Assembly (NCBI GenBank): GCA_050874305.1
Contig: JBNMKL010000006.1
Span: forward strand, 1,651-65,650
Direction of reading: 5' to 3'
DNA length: 64,000 nt
DNA from: Lachnospira sp.
GTDB taxonomy: Bacteria; Bacillota; Clostridia; Lachnospirales; Lachnospiraceae
Shown: positions 18,024-27,012 of the stretch, piece after piece
Layout: every line of letters starts with the position of its first letter
Position numbering within the stretch: position 1 is the stretch's first letter
The notes under the pieces: model-generated
The model's input: the letters and a program-made list of their open reading frames with translations, nothing else
Database searches by the model: none
Told to the model about the DNA's origin: nothing
Made by a program: the position numbers and the translations under genes

Positions 18024-19316
18024 ATGGAACAGTATATAATTAAAGGTGGTAATCCTCTTACAGGAGAGGTTTCCATTGGAGGCGCTAAGAATGCTGCTTT
18101 AGGCATACTTGCGGCTGCAATTATGACAGATGAAACTGTAACAATTGAAAATGTACCTAACGTTAGAGATACTAGAGTATTATTACAGGCAATTGAGGGG
18201 ATTGGCGCCAAGGTAAAATACGTATATAACAACTCTGTCCAGATTAACGGTGGTGGAATCTGCGATATGAATGTTGATTATGAATATATTAAGAAGATAA
18301 GAGCTTCATATTATTTATTAGGAGCGTTACTTGGAAAGTACAGAAAGTCACAGGTAGCACTTCCAGGTGGATGTAATATAGGAAGCAGACCTATAGATCA
18401 GCACATCAAGGGATTTAAAGCTCTTGGTGCAGAAGTAGAGATAAGCCATGGCAAAATCAGCACTAAGGCTGATAAGTTGACAGGCGGTCATGTGTATTTT
18501 GATGTGGTATCAGTTGGTGCTACTATCAATCTTATGCTTGCAGCATGTCTTGCTGATGGCGATACAATACTTGAGAATGCGGCTAAGGAACCACATATAG
18601 TAGATGTGGCTAATTTTCTTAATGCAATGGGTGCTAATATCAAAGGCGCTGGTACAGACGTTATAAGAATCAAGGGCGTAAAGAGATTACACGGAACAAC
18701 ATATTCTATAATTCCTGATCAGATTGAGGCTGGAACATTTATGTTTGCAGCAGCAGCTACTAATGGAGATATAGTTGTCAAAGATGTTATACCAAAGCAT
18801 CTTGAGTCACTTTCAGCTAAGCTTATTGAGGTTGGCTGTGAGGTTGTAGAAGGTGATGACTGGGTCAGGGTTATCGGCAAGGGCTCGCTTAAGAGCACTA
18901 ATGTCAAGACTCTTCCATATCCGGGATTCCCAACAGATATGCAGCCACAGATGGCAGTTGTTCTTGCATTGGCTAATGGTTCAAGTATGGTTACAGAGAG
19001 TATATTCGAGAACAGATTCAAGTATGTTGATGAATTGAATCGAATGGGATGCAAGATTAAAGTAGAAGGTAATACAGCCTATATTGAGGGTGTAGATCAT
19101 CTTACAGGTGTTGAGATGTCTGCTCCAGATTTAAGAGCAGGAGCTGCCCTTGTTATTGCGGCACTTGCGGCAGAGGGAATATCTCAGATAGATGATATAG
19201 AATATATACAGCGTGGATACGAGGATTTTGAGGGTAAGCTTTCAATGCTCGGAGCTGTTATAGAAAGAGTTGATTCTGAGCGTGATGCCCAGAAAGCAAA
19301 GTTAAAGATTGGATGA
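18024..19316 (+). CDS. murA: UDP-N-acetylglucosamine 1-carboxyvinyltransferase
   Basis: [18 protein letters not shown] (active-site Cys), [22 protein letters not shown]. Confidence 0.97.
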   Translation: MEQYIIKGGNPLTGEVSIGGAKNAALGILAAAIMTDETVTIENVPNVRDTRVLLQAIEGIGAKVKYVYNNSVQINGGGICDMNVDYEYIKKIRASYYLLGALLGKYRKSQVALPGGCNIGSRPIDQHIKGFKALGAEVEISHGKISTKADKLTGGHVYFDVVSVGATINLMLAACLADGDTILENAAKEPHIVDVANFLNAMGANIKGAGTDVIRIKGVKRLHGTTYSIIPDQIEAGTFMFAAAATNGDIVVKDVIPKHLESLSAKLIEVGCEVVEGDDWVRVIGKGSLKSTNVKTLPYPGFPTDMQPQMAVVLALANGSSMVTESIFENRFKYVDELNRMGCKIKVEGNTAYIEGVDHLTGVEMSAPDLRAGAALVIAALAAEGISQIDDIEYIQRGYEDFEGKLSMLGAVIERVDSERDAQKAKLKIG

Positions 19317-19322
19317 TCATAG

Positions 19323-19370
19323 AACACATTCTAAAAGGGCTTATATAACAGCTCTCTTTTAGAATGTGTT
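19323..19370. terminator. Hairpin after murA
   Basis: 15-bp inverted repeat AACACATTCTAAAAG / CTTTTAGAATGTGTT followed by TTT. Confidence 0.6.
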
Positions 19371-19398
19371 TTTGTATATTAAAGGAAGTGTTATTACA

Positions 19399-20904
19399 AT
19401 GAAATTAAGAGACAAGCTCAAGTTATCATTTTTTATAATGATTATACTGCCGCTTATTCTATGTGTGTTTGCAATAGGAATTATATTCAGGTATCAGAGT
19501 ACATCTATTAAGAAGCTGTATGGCGTAGATGAGGCGGTAAAGCTTGAAAATATGTATTCGTCAGCCACTATTATGAGTGAAATAACAGATAAGATATATG
19601 AGTCTATCAAGCAGGTTGCAATTGAGACTCCTGAGAAGTACACAGATATGGAATATCTTAAAGAACTTGATGTACAGCTTGCGGCAAGATTATCAAATCT
19701 GGTGGTTTCGAGAAATGATGATATAATATATGCTTCCAGGTCACTTGAGGGTGATGAGATAAAAGAACTTATACCAGAGTATACAAGCCTTGATAGTGCA
19801 TTTAATGAGAGCGTATACAAGGGCGGTGATTATCACTGCATTGTTAAGCAGATTAATTTCAAAGAACAGAATGGTGATACAATCGGTGTATACATAATCA
19901 CATCACTTAACCAGGTTATTCCGCAGATAAAGTGGCTTGCGCTGCAGGCATTGGCAGCGGTACTTGTTATATTGATTCTTACAAGTCTGGTGCTTGATTT
20001 ATGGCTGTATAGCTCAATAGTAAAACCACTTGATAAATTAAGGCTTGCTGCCCAGAACATTAAGATGGGGAATCTGGATTTTGAGATGCCAAAGGTATCA
20101 AGGGATGAGATTGGTGATGTATGCCGTGACTTTGAGGAGATGCGTGTTATACTTAAAGAAACCTCAGAGGAGAAGCTTAATTCTGATAAAGAAGAAAAAG
20201 AGCTTATTAGAAATATTTCGCATGATTTAAAGACACCTCTGACGGCGATTAAGGGCTATGTCGAAGGTATTATGGATGGTGTCGCTAATACACCGGAAAA
20301 GCAGCAGAGGTATCTTCAGACAATTGCCAATAAGGTTAACGATATGGACAAGCTTATAGATGAGCTTACTATATATTCAAGGCTTGATACTAACAGGATT
20401 CCATATTCATTTAACAGGATTAATATAAAGGATTATTTTGATGCATGCTGTGAAGAGATAAAGGTTGACCTTGAGGCACAGGATATTGATCTGGTATATA
20501 ATTGTCATAATGTTGACAATGTATATATATATGCTGATGTTGAACAGCTTAAGAGAGTTATCAATAATATTATAAGTAATTCTGTTAAGTACATGAAGGA
20601 AGGAAGAAGAGGCAGGATTGGTATTGACATATATGACGAAGGGGATTACGCTCATATAATCATGACAGATAATGGTAAGGGAATCGGAACCGCTGAACTC
20701 CCTCACATATTTGAAAGATTTTACAGAACAGATGAGTCGCGTAATAGTAAACAGGGCGGAAGTGGAATCGGTCTTGCAATTGTAAGAAAGATAATTGATG
20801 ACCATAAAGGTAAGATATGGGCTGAGAGCGTTGAGGGCGAAGGAACCACAATGCATATATGCTTGAGAAAAGCCACTGAAGCTATTGAGACAAAAGCAGA
20901 TTAG
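19399..20904 (+). CDS. Sensor histidine kinase (2 TM, HAMP, HisKA, HATPase)
   Basis: ISHDLKTPL H-box, NIISNSVKY, DNGKGI, IFERFYR, GSGIGL. Confidence 0.95.
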   Translation: MKLRDKLKLSFFIMIILPLILCVFAIGIIFRYQSTSIKKLYGVDEAVKLENMYSSATIMSEITDKIYESIKQVAIETPEKYTDMEYLKELDVQLAARLSNLVVSRNDDIIYASRSLEGDEIKELIPEYTSLDSAFNESVYKGGDYHCIVKQINFKEQNGDTIGVYIITSLNQVIPQIKWLALQALAAVLVILILTSLVLDLWLYSSIVKPLDKLRLAAQNIKMGNLDFEMPKVSRDEIGDVCRDFEEMRVILKETSEEKLNSDKEEKELIRNISHDLKTPLTAIKGYVEGIMDGVANTPEKQQRYLQTIANKVNDMDKLIDELTIYSRLDTNRIPYSFNRINIKDYFDACCEEIKVDLEAQDIDLVYNCHNVDNVYIYADVEQLKRVINNIISNSVKYMKEGRRGRIGIDIYDEGDYAHIIMTDNGKGIGTAELPHIFERFYRTDESRNSKQGGSGIGLAIVRKIIDDHKGKIWAESVEGEGTTMHICLRKATEAIETKAD

Positions 20905-20940
20905 CAAGTTAAGCATTTATATAATAAGGAGAACAAACAC

Positions 20941-21630
20941 ATGAGCAAAGTATTAATTGTTGAAGATGAAGAAGCTATTGCTGAGATTGAAAAGGATTAT
21001 CTTGAACTCAGTGGATTTGAAGTGACTATTAAATCAGATGGAACAAGCGGACTTGAAGCTGCACTTGATGAAGATTATGACATCTGTATTCTTGATGTAA
21101 TGCTTCCGGGTGTTGATGGATTTGAGATATGCCGTCAGGTGAGAGAAAAGAAGAACACACCTATTATAATGGTTTCAGCCAAGAAAGAGGATATTGACAA
21201 GATAAGAGGCCTTGGTGTCGGTGCAGATGACTATATGACTAAGCCTTTCAGCCCAAGTGAGCTTGTGGCGAGAGTTAAGGCGCATCTTGCAAGATATGAA
21301 AGACTTGTAAGCAGCACGAAGGAGAACAATGATATAATTGAAATCCGTGGTATCAAGATTGATAAGACTGCAAGAAGAGTATTCGTCAATGGTGAGGAGA
21401 AGATATTTACAACTAAGGAATTTGATCTGCTCACATTCCTTGCAGAGCACCCTAATCATGTGTATACTAAGGATGAATTATTCAAAGAAATCTGGGATAT
21501 GGATTCAATCGGTGATATAGCGACAGTTACTGTCCATATCAAGAAGATAAGAGAAAAGATTGAGCTCGACACATCTAAGCCTCAGTATATTGAGACTATA
21601 TGGGGTGTCGGTTACAGATTTAAAATGTAA
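20941..21630 (+). CDS. OmpR-family response regulator
   Basis: LIVEDE, LDVMLP, GADDYMTKPF, TVTVHIKKIREKI, TIWGVGY. Confidence 0.95.
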   Translation: MSKVLIVEDEEAIAEIEKDYLELSGFEVTIKSDGTSGLEAALDEDYDICILDVMLPGVDGFEICRQVREKKNTPIIMVSAKKEDIDKIRGLGVGADDYMTKPFSPSELVARVKAHLARYERLVSSTKENNDIIEIRGIKIDKTARRVFVNGEEKIFTTKEFDLLTFLAEHPNHVYTKDELFKEIWDMDSIGDIATVTVHIKKIREKIELDTSKPQYIETIWGVGYRFKM

Positions 21631-21648
21631 ATTAGAAAGGCAGAACTT

Positions 21649-23151
21649 ATGTTAGTAACAGATTACCTGGACGAGAGTGCCAGAAAATATTCAGACAAAA
21701 CAGCGGTTGTAGATGAGAACCGCAAGATGACATATGCAGAGCTTGAGAAGGAATCTAAGGGTATAGCTATGGAACTTATCGGCAAGGGGATGTTCCGTAA
21801 GCCGGTAGCGGTATATCTTGAGAAGAGCTGTGAGTGTATATCTGCATTTATGGGAACATTGTATTCAGGCAATTACTATACAATGATTGATGTCAAGATG
21901 CCTGTATCAAGAATTAAGAAGATAACAGACACATTACAGCCAGTATGTATCATAACTGATAAGAATCATGTGGAAGATGTCAGGGCTTTAGAGGTTGAGG
22001 CTGATATCGTATGTGTTGAGGACTGCGCTTCCATGGAGATTGATGAGGAGATTATCAAAGGTGCAACATCAAGAATCCTTTCAAGAGATATCATGTATGT
22101 ATTATTTACATCGGGTTCTACTGGTATGCCTAAGGGCGTTATGATATCACATCAGGGACTTGTGGACTTCGTTGAGTGGGGTGCACAGGAATTCAACATG
22201 GATGACACATATGTTATAGGTAACCAGACACCGCTTTATTTCAGTATGTCTGTGTTTGATGTGTATGAGACTATCAAGAATGGAGCAACTCTTCATCTGA
22301 TACCATCAAAGTTATTCTCATTGCCAGCGATGCTTATGCAGTATCTGTATGACAATAAGATTAACACTGTATTCTGGGTTCCATCAGCACTTACTTTCTT
22401 ATCAACATTAGGTGCGTTGAAGAGTCCTTATCTGCCAGAGTTGAAAAATGTATTCTTTGGCGGAGAGGTTATGCCGGTAAAGCAGCTTAACAGATGGATA
22501 GATGTGTATCCAGATGTAAGATATGTCAACTTCTATGGTCCAACAGAAGTAACGGATACATGTACATTTTATGAGGTTAACAGACATTTTGAGAATCAGG
22601 AGAGCCTTCCAATGGGAAGAGCATGCCACAATATGGAAGTTTTCCTTCTTGATGAGAATGATAAGCTTGTTGCGGACGGAGAAATCGGTGAGGTATGTGT
22701 AAGAGGTATCGGTATTGCTAACGGATACTACAATGCGCCTGATAAGACAGCAGAGGTATTCGTACAGAATCCTCTTAACAAGCTGTTTGAGGATAAGATA
22801 TACAGAACAGGTGACCTTGCCAGAGTTAATGAATTTGGTGAGCTTGTATACATTTCAAGAAAAGACTTCCAGATTAAGCATATGGGAAGAAGAATAGAGC
22901 TTGGCGAGATTGAGACAGCGATATCTTCAATTGAGGAGATTGATTCATGCTGTTGTCTCTATAACACTAAGAAATCTAAGATTGTTATGATTTATCAGGG
23001 CAATATTGAGGAATCAGAGGTCATGAACAGATTAAAAGACCTCATTCCTGATTACATGCTTCCTAACACTAAGATTAAGCTTGATTCTATGCCGCTCAAT
23101 CTTAATGGCAAGGTTGACAGACATAAGCTTGAAGAGCTGTATATTAAATAA
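21649..23151 (+). CDS. Stand-alone adenylation enzyme (DltA-like, non-canonical A4 motif)
   Basis: YVLFTSGSTGMPKG, YGPTE, YRTGDL, QIKHMGRRIELGEIE, NGKVDR; A4 reads YFSMS instead of FDxS. Confidence 0.88.
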   Translation: MLVTDYLDESARKYSDKTAVVDENRKMTYAELEKESKGIAMELIGKGMFRKPVAVYLEKSCECISAFMGTLYSGNYYTMIDVKMPVSRIKKITDTLQPVCIITDKNHVEDVRALEVEADIVCVEDCASMEIDEEIIKGATSRILSRDIMYVLFTSGSTGMPKGVMISHQGLVDFVEWGAQEFNMDDTYVIGNQTPLYFSMSVFDVYETIKNGATLHLIPSKLFSLPAMLMQYLYDNKINTVFWVPSALTFLSTLGALKSPYLPELKNVFFGGEVMPVKQLNRWIDVYPDVRYVNFYGPTEVTDTCTFYEVNRHFENQESLPMGRACHNMEVFLLDENDKLVADGEIGEVCVRGIGIANGYYNAPDKTAEVFVQNPLNKLFEDKIYRTGDLARVNEFGELVYISRKDFQIKHMGRRIELGEIETAISSIEEIDSCCCLYNTKKSKIVMIYQGNIEESEVMNRLKDLIPDYMLPNTKIKLDSMPLNLNGKVDRHKLEELYIK

Positions 23152-23166
23152 TAACGGGAGGAGTAC

Positions 23167-23277
23167 ATGGAAATTGCAATATGTGTATTCTTAGGTGTAT
23201 GGCTGAGTGCAGCGGCTGTTCTTGGTTACATACAGCTAAAGAAGGATTTTAAAAATGAGAGTGGAGAAAAGAAGTAA
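23167..23277 (+). CDS. 36-aa single-pass membrane protein, probable symporter accessory subunit; absent from the ORF track
   Basis: GGAGG RBS; MEIAICVFLGVWLSAAAVLGYIQLKKDFKNESGEKK; its TAA abuts the symporter ATG. Confidence 0.75.
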   Translation: MEIAICVFLGVWLSAAAVLGYIQLKKDFKNESGEKK

Positions 23278-24867
23278 ATGAATATCTATTTTATAGGAAT
23301 GTGTATTGCTATGGCGATATACCTTATCGTTGGCCTTGTTGTCAGCAAGAAGGTTAATTCTGCCAATGAATTTTATGTTGCAGGTAGAAGGGCACCTATT
23401 ATCCTGATAGCCGGTTCGCTTATAGCATCCTACACAAGTACAGGTATGTTTATGGGTGATGCGGCGCAGTGTTATGAAGGCGTATTCACATCTATACTTA
23501 TATTTGCGGGAATGCAGTCGGCAGGTTACATAATCGGTGCAATCTTTTTCGGAAGATATCTTAGAAGAAGCCAGGTGCTTACAATTCCTGAATTCTTTGG
23601 AAAGCGTTTCTGCTCAAGAAAATTAAGAGTTCTTGCGGCTGTTACAGCTATTATAATGATGTCAGTGTATCTGTTATCGGTTCTTCAGGGAATCGGTACA
23701 CTTATGTCACTTGTAACAGGTGTTAATATCAATGTATGCATGATTCTTGCAATGGTTGTGCTTACTGTTCTTACTGTTGCATCTGGTTCGAGAGGTGTAC
23801 TTATAACTGATACAATTATGGCAAGTATATTCACAATAGCTGTTATTGTTGGAATGGTGTTTATAGCCAAGAATACAGGTGGATGGTTTGGAGCGATTGA
23901 GTCAATTGCATCTAACCCTGCTCTTACAGATTATCTGTCATGGGGAGGCAAGCCTGGCCCATTATATAATACTGGTGTTGAAAATGTTATATGGGGACTT
24001 GCATATGGTGTTGTATGGATGTCTGTATGTATGGTTGGCCCATGGCAGTCAAGCCGTTATCTTATGGCTAAGAATGAACATGCGGTTATCAAGTCAGGTC
24101 CAATAGCGGCTATTGGTGTATTTATACTTGAATTCCTTGTTGGTATGGCTGCTGTTATGGTTAATGTAGTTTATCCAGACATGGAGAGTTCATCAAATGT
24201 TATGATATGGGCAGCTATGAATCTTATGCCTAAGGTTCTCGGTGTTGTTCTTCTTACAGGTGTGCTTTCAGCAGGTATCTCATCAGCAACAACATTCTTA
24301 TCACTTATAGGTGCTTCTGTTGCTAATGACTGCATGCAGAGCGAGGATGATAAATCTATCCGTTACGGAAGAATTACTATGATTATAGTTGCAGTTGTAG
24401 TTCTTGTTGTAGCTGTTATGAATCCACCATCAATATTCTGGATAATGTTCCTTGGTGGTGCTGTTGCGGCAAGTTCATGGATGCCGGTTGCTGTGGCAAG
24501 TATATTCAGCAAGAGGGTTACTAAGACTGGTGCGTTCTGTGGAATGCTTTTTGGAATGCTTGGATGTTTTCTTTTAAAGGTGTACACGAGTGTCAGCGGA
24601 GTGAGCCTTCCGGTATATCTTGACCCAAGTATAGTCGGAATTGTATGTAATGTGATTGCGCTTGTTATAGGTTCAGCACTTACACAGGTTACAGATGAGG
24701 AGAAGCAGGCTAGAGCGGCATTATTCGTTATGCCAGAGTCAGAGAAAGACCCTGCACAGATGAAGTCAACACTCAGATGGACTAAGGCATCAATTCTTAT
24801 CGGAGTTGTTGTGTTCGCAATGCTTATGATTCTGTGGGTTGTTCCATATCTGAATGCGGCGGTGTAA
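23278..24867 (+). CDS. Sodium:solute symporter (SSS) family transporter
   Basis: EFYVAGRR, TIPEFFGKRF, LSAGISS motifs; ~13 TM segments. Confidence 0.9.
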   Translation: MNIYFIGMCIAMAIYLIVGLVVSKKVNSANEFYVAGRRAPIILIAGSLIASYTSTGMFMGDAAQCYEGVFTSILIFAGMQSAGYIIGAIFFGRYLRRSQVLTIPEFFGKRFCSRKLRVLAAVTAIIMMSVYLLSVLQGIGTLMSLVTGVNINVCMILAMVVLTVLTVASGSRGVLITDTIMASIFTIAVIVGMVFIAKNTGGWFGAIESIASNPALTDYLSWGGKPGPLYNTGVENVIWGLAYGVVWMSVCMVGPWQSSRYLMAKNEHAVIKSGPIAAIGVFILEFLVGMAAVMVNVVYPDMESSSNVMIWAAMNLMPKVLGVVLLTGVLSAGISSATTFLSLIGASVANDCMQSEDDKSIRYGRITMIIVAVVVLVVAVMNPPSIFWIMFLGGAVAASSWMPVAVASIFSKRVTKTGAFCGMLFGMLGCFLLKVYTSVSGVSLPVYLDPSIVGIVCNVIALVIGSALTQVTDEEKQARAALFVMPESEKDPAQMKSTLRWTKASILIGVVVFAMLMILWVVPYLNAAV

Positions 24868-24915
24868 GAGTGTAGAAATTATATATAAGTATATAAAATA
24901 AAATTTGTGGAATAC

Positions 24916-24944
24916 TTGAATTGGTTATTAGCATATGTTATAAT
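24916..24944 (+). promoter_or_regulatory. Strong sigma-A promoter for the antitoxin RNA
   Basis: TTGAAT (24916-24921), 17 bp, TATAAT (24939-24944), with extended -10 TG at 24936-24937. Confidence 0.75.
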
Positions 24945-24950
24945 GGCGAT

Positions 24951-25029
24951 AGCCAAGAAAGATATAAGAGTGCGTAGACACAAAACGAATCCCCATGAGA
25001 TTGCAGCTCATGGGGATTCTTCTCGTTTT
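24951..25029 (+). ncRNA. Putative type I antitoxin sRNA (~80 nt)
   Basis: No ORF follows the promoter. Carries GAAAGATATAAGA (24957-24969) and CGTAGACAC (24973-24981), complementary to the toxin mRNA on both sides of its start codon. Ends in a 13-bp hairpin (24987-24999 / 25007-25019) plus T-run. Confidence 0.7.
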
Positions 25030-25051
25030 AATCGGTTGAGCATCCGTCAGG

Positions 25052-25147
25052 TTAATTGTCGTTGTTCTTTCTATCTAGCCATTTGCAGATGTAGTAGCCA
25101 ACTACACTTGCCATGATAGAAATAAGGAAAGATATAAGAATATCCAA
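25052..25147 (-). CDS. Type I toxin-antitoxin toxin peptide (Fst/Ldr-like, 31 aa); absent from the ORF track
   Basis: GGAGG RBS 8 nt before TTG; MDILISFLISIMASVVGYYICKWLDRKNNDN: one hydrophobic helix, a conserved-type W and a charged tail. Confidence 0.8.
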   Translation of the reverse strand: MDILISFLISIMASVVGYYICKWLDRKNNDN

Positions 25148-25195
25148 CGTAGACACCTCCCTTCTGTTGCCAGAATGAGTACAACAACAATAGTT

Positions 25196-25204
25196 ATTAT
25201 AACA
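25196..25204 (-). promoter_or_regulatory. Extended -10 promoter for the toxin mRNA
   Basis: TGTTATAAT on the minus strand; -35 is weak. Confidence 0.55.
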
Positions 25205-25246
25205 TAAATATATTAAAAAGAAAAGAATGAAAATATATAAAAAATA

Positions 25247-25281
25247 TACACCCTCATAGAAAATCTTTCTTTGAGGGTGTA
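25247..25281 (-). terminator. Terminator of the CD225-like gene
   Basis: TACACCCTCA / TGAGGGTGTA stem, with a minus-strand T-rich run downstream. Confidence 0.65.
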
Positions 25282-25307
25282 AGGATAATTACATATTAAT
25301 AATCTTA

Positions 25308-26006
25308 TTATCTTATTGCATCTAAAGCAGATGATGCTATTCCGATAATTACTGTCCATGAGATGCCAAAAACTACAGAGATAACAAGCATGATAGTGCA
25401 TATTTTAATGCAGGATTCATATTTGTCGTATCTTCCATAACGGAAATTATTGTTGGCATTAAATAAAAGAATCAGTGCGATAATACCAAATAATCTGCTG
25501 AACAGAATGATGCAGATTATTGAAAATACAAGCAGTGGAGTGAACTTAGGACAGTTCTGTGGCTTGTTGTAGTTGTTATAGCCATTGTTGTATCCATTAG
25601 GCTGGTTATTATAGGTGTTGTTCTGATTATTGTAATTATTATAACCAGAGTTATAGTTATTCTGATTGCTGTTATAGCCGGTATTATAACTGTTCTGGCT
25701 GCCATAACTGTTGTTGTTCTGAGCACCATAGTCGTTATACTGTGAATTATAGCTGTTATTCTGTGAGGTATAATTATTGTTCTGGCTGTCATAACTATTA
25801 TTCTGCGAATTATAACTGTTGTAATCAGAGCTATCAGACTGGCTGTTCTGCGTATTTGTATTATCTGAATAAGATGTATACTCCTTGTTTGGGTCATTAG
25901 AATAATCATCTGTATAACTGCCGTAGTTTCGCTGGCTGTTATCAGAAGATTCATTTGGGTCCTGGTTCTGGTTGTTCCAGAATGGATCTGGTGTATAATT
26001 ATCCAT
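25308..26006 (-). CDS. CD225/dispanin-like membrane protein with long N/Y/S/Q-rich low-complexity N-terminus
   Basis: GAGG RBS before the ATG at 26006; ~150 aa polar low-complexity region, then PLLVFSIICIILFSRLFGIIALILLFNANNNFRYGRYD...IMLVISVVFG, matching the CD225 two-segment pattern. Confidence 0.7.
   Translation of the reverse strand: MDNYTPDPFWNNQNQDPNESSDNSQRNYGSYTDDYSNDPNKEYTSYSDNTNTQNSQSDSSDYNSYNSQNNSYDSQNNNYTSQNNSYNSQYNDYGAQNNNSYGSQNSYNTGYNSNQNNYNSGYNNYNNQNNTYNNQPNGYNNGYNNYNKPQNCPKFTPLLVFSIICIILFSRLFGIIALILLFNANNNFRYGRYDKYESCIKICTIMLVISVVFGISWTVIIGIASSALDAIR
25695..25823 (-). repeat. Imperfect 21-nt coding tandem repeat (~6 units of SQNNSYN-like heptads)
   Basis: Units start on + at 25695, 25719, 25740, 25761, 25782 and 25803 (CTG...ATA...TT). 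Confidence 0.75.
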
Positions 26007-26236
26007 ATATGTCCTCATTTCTTTGCATAATTTAATATATAAATTGCTGATTTCTCATGTTTTGCGGGGTACAAGTTCAAAGCTTTTAACCCTAAAAACA
26101 TAATAAACATACATAAGTAATGCGTCAAGTATAAATTGACTTTAGATACAGTCAGGTAATAATATAAGATAATAACAATATGCAAATGTATTTTGAAGTT
26201 AGATTATAATTTTAATAATAAAGTATATTTTAAAGG

Positions 26237-26965
26237 ATGAACCACATGGAAATAATATATGAAGACAAAGATAAGATAATTCTAAAAAAAGAAGCGGGGC
26301 AGCTTACGCAGAGTGGGAAAAATTTTGACCTCGATATGGTAAGCGAGGTTATGAATTATCGTAAAAGAAAGGGCGAACCGTCGTATGCGGCGGTTATCAA
26401 CAGACTTGACCGTCCGGTTAGTGGAGTTGTGCTGATGGCAAAGAATAAAGAGAGTGCCGCGAGATATTCTAAGATTATGCAGCAGCAGGGATTTTGCAAG
26501 CAGTATTATGCGCTGGTGTATGGAAAAATGGAAGAACCCAAGGCAGTGCTGTCAGATTATATAGAAAAGACAAAAGATAACACAGCAGTAATAAGCGGTG
26601 ATAGCAGTATATCTGCGACAGATAATAAAAATGCCAAACTTGCTGAGCTTGATTATGAGGTTATAAGCGAGACTGAGATTGATGGGACAGAGATTTCTCT
26701 TTTAAAGATTAATCTTCACACGGGGCGTTTTCACCAGATAAGGATTCAGCTTGCCTCAAGAGGGCATGCGATTATCGGGGATGGGAAGTACATGTCTGCG
26801 TGCGGTGAGAAACATTTAAACATAGAACCGGTAAGTGGAACAGCGTTAAAAAAGATGGGCATGAAGCCAAGAGAAATAGCATTGTGTGCCCATTCTATCA
26901 ACGTGGATGGAAAAGAGTATGGTGTGACACCACAATGGTGGAATACCATGCTTGAAATCCGTTAG
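26237..26965 (+). CDS. RluA-family pseudouridine synthase
   Basis: LKKEAGQLTQ, INRLDRPVSG (catalytic Asp), KQYYALV, LHTGRFHQIRIQLASRGHAIIGDGKY. Confidence 0.9.
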   Translation: MNHMEIIYEDKDKIILKKEAGQLTQSGKNFDLDMVSEVMNYRKRKGEPSYAAVINRLDRPVSGVVLMAKNKESAARYSKIMQQQGFCKQYYALVYGKMEEPKAVLSDYIEKTKDNTAVISGDSSISATDNKNAKLAELDYEVISETEIDGTEISLLKINLHTGRFHQIRIQLASRGHAIIGDGKYMSACGEKHLNIEPVSGTALKKMGMKPREIALCAHSINVDGKEYGVTPQWWNTMLEIR

Positions 26966-27012
26966 ATAAAATGATAAACTAAAAAACACTATTATTAAAA
27001 GGAGTCATAACA

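Noticed and set aside
21649-24867. Calling this a dlt operon or NRPS cluster
   Set aside because: No DltC/ACP, DltB, DltD, condensation or thioesterase gene is adjacent, and the A4 motif is non-canonical.
25695-25823. 21-nt periodic repeats as a CRISPR array
   Set aside because: Units are contiguous, degenerate and in frame within a coding sequence; no spacers and no cas genes.
25517-25954. 145-aa Thr/Ile-rich ORF on the minus strand
   Set aside because: Alternative frame of the Asn/Tyr repeat region; the overlapping frame has the RBS and the membrane domain.
26007-26100. Riboswitch in the leader of the CD225-like gene
   Set aside because: About 90 nt, AT-rich, with no convincing stems or known aptamer motif.
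26966-27012. T-box leader for proS
   Set aside because: Only 47 bp separate it from the upstream gene; no room and no T-box motif.
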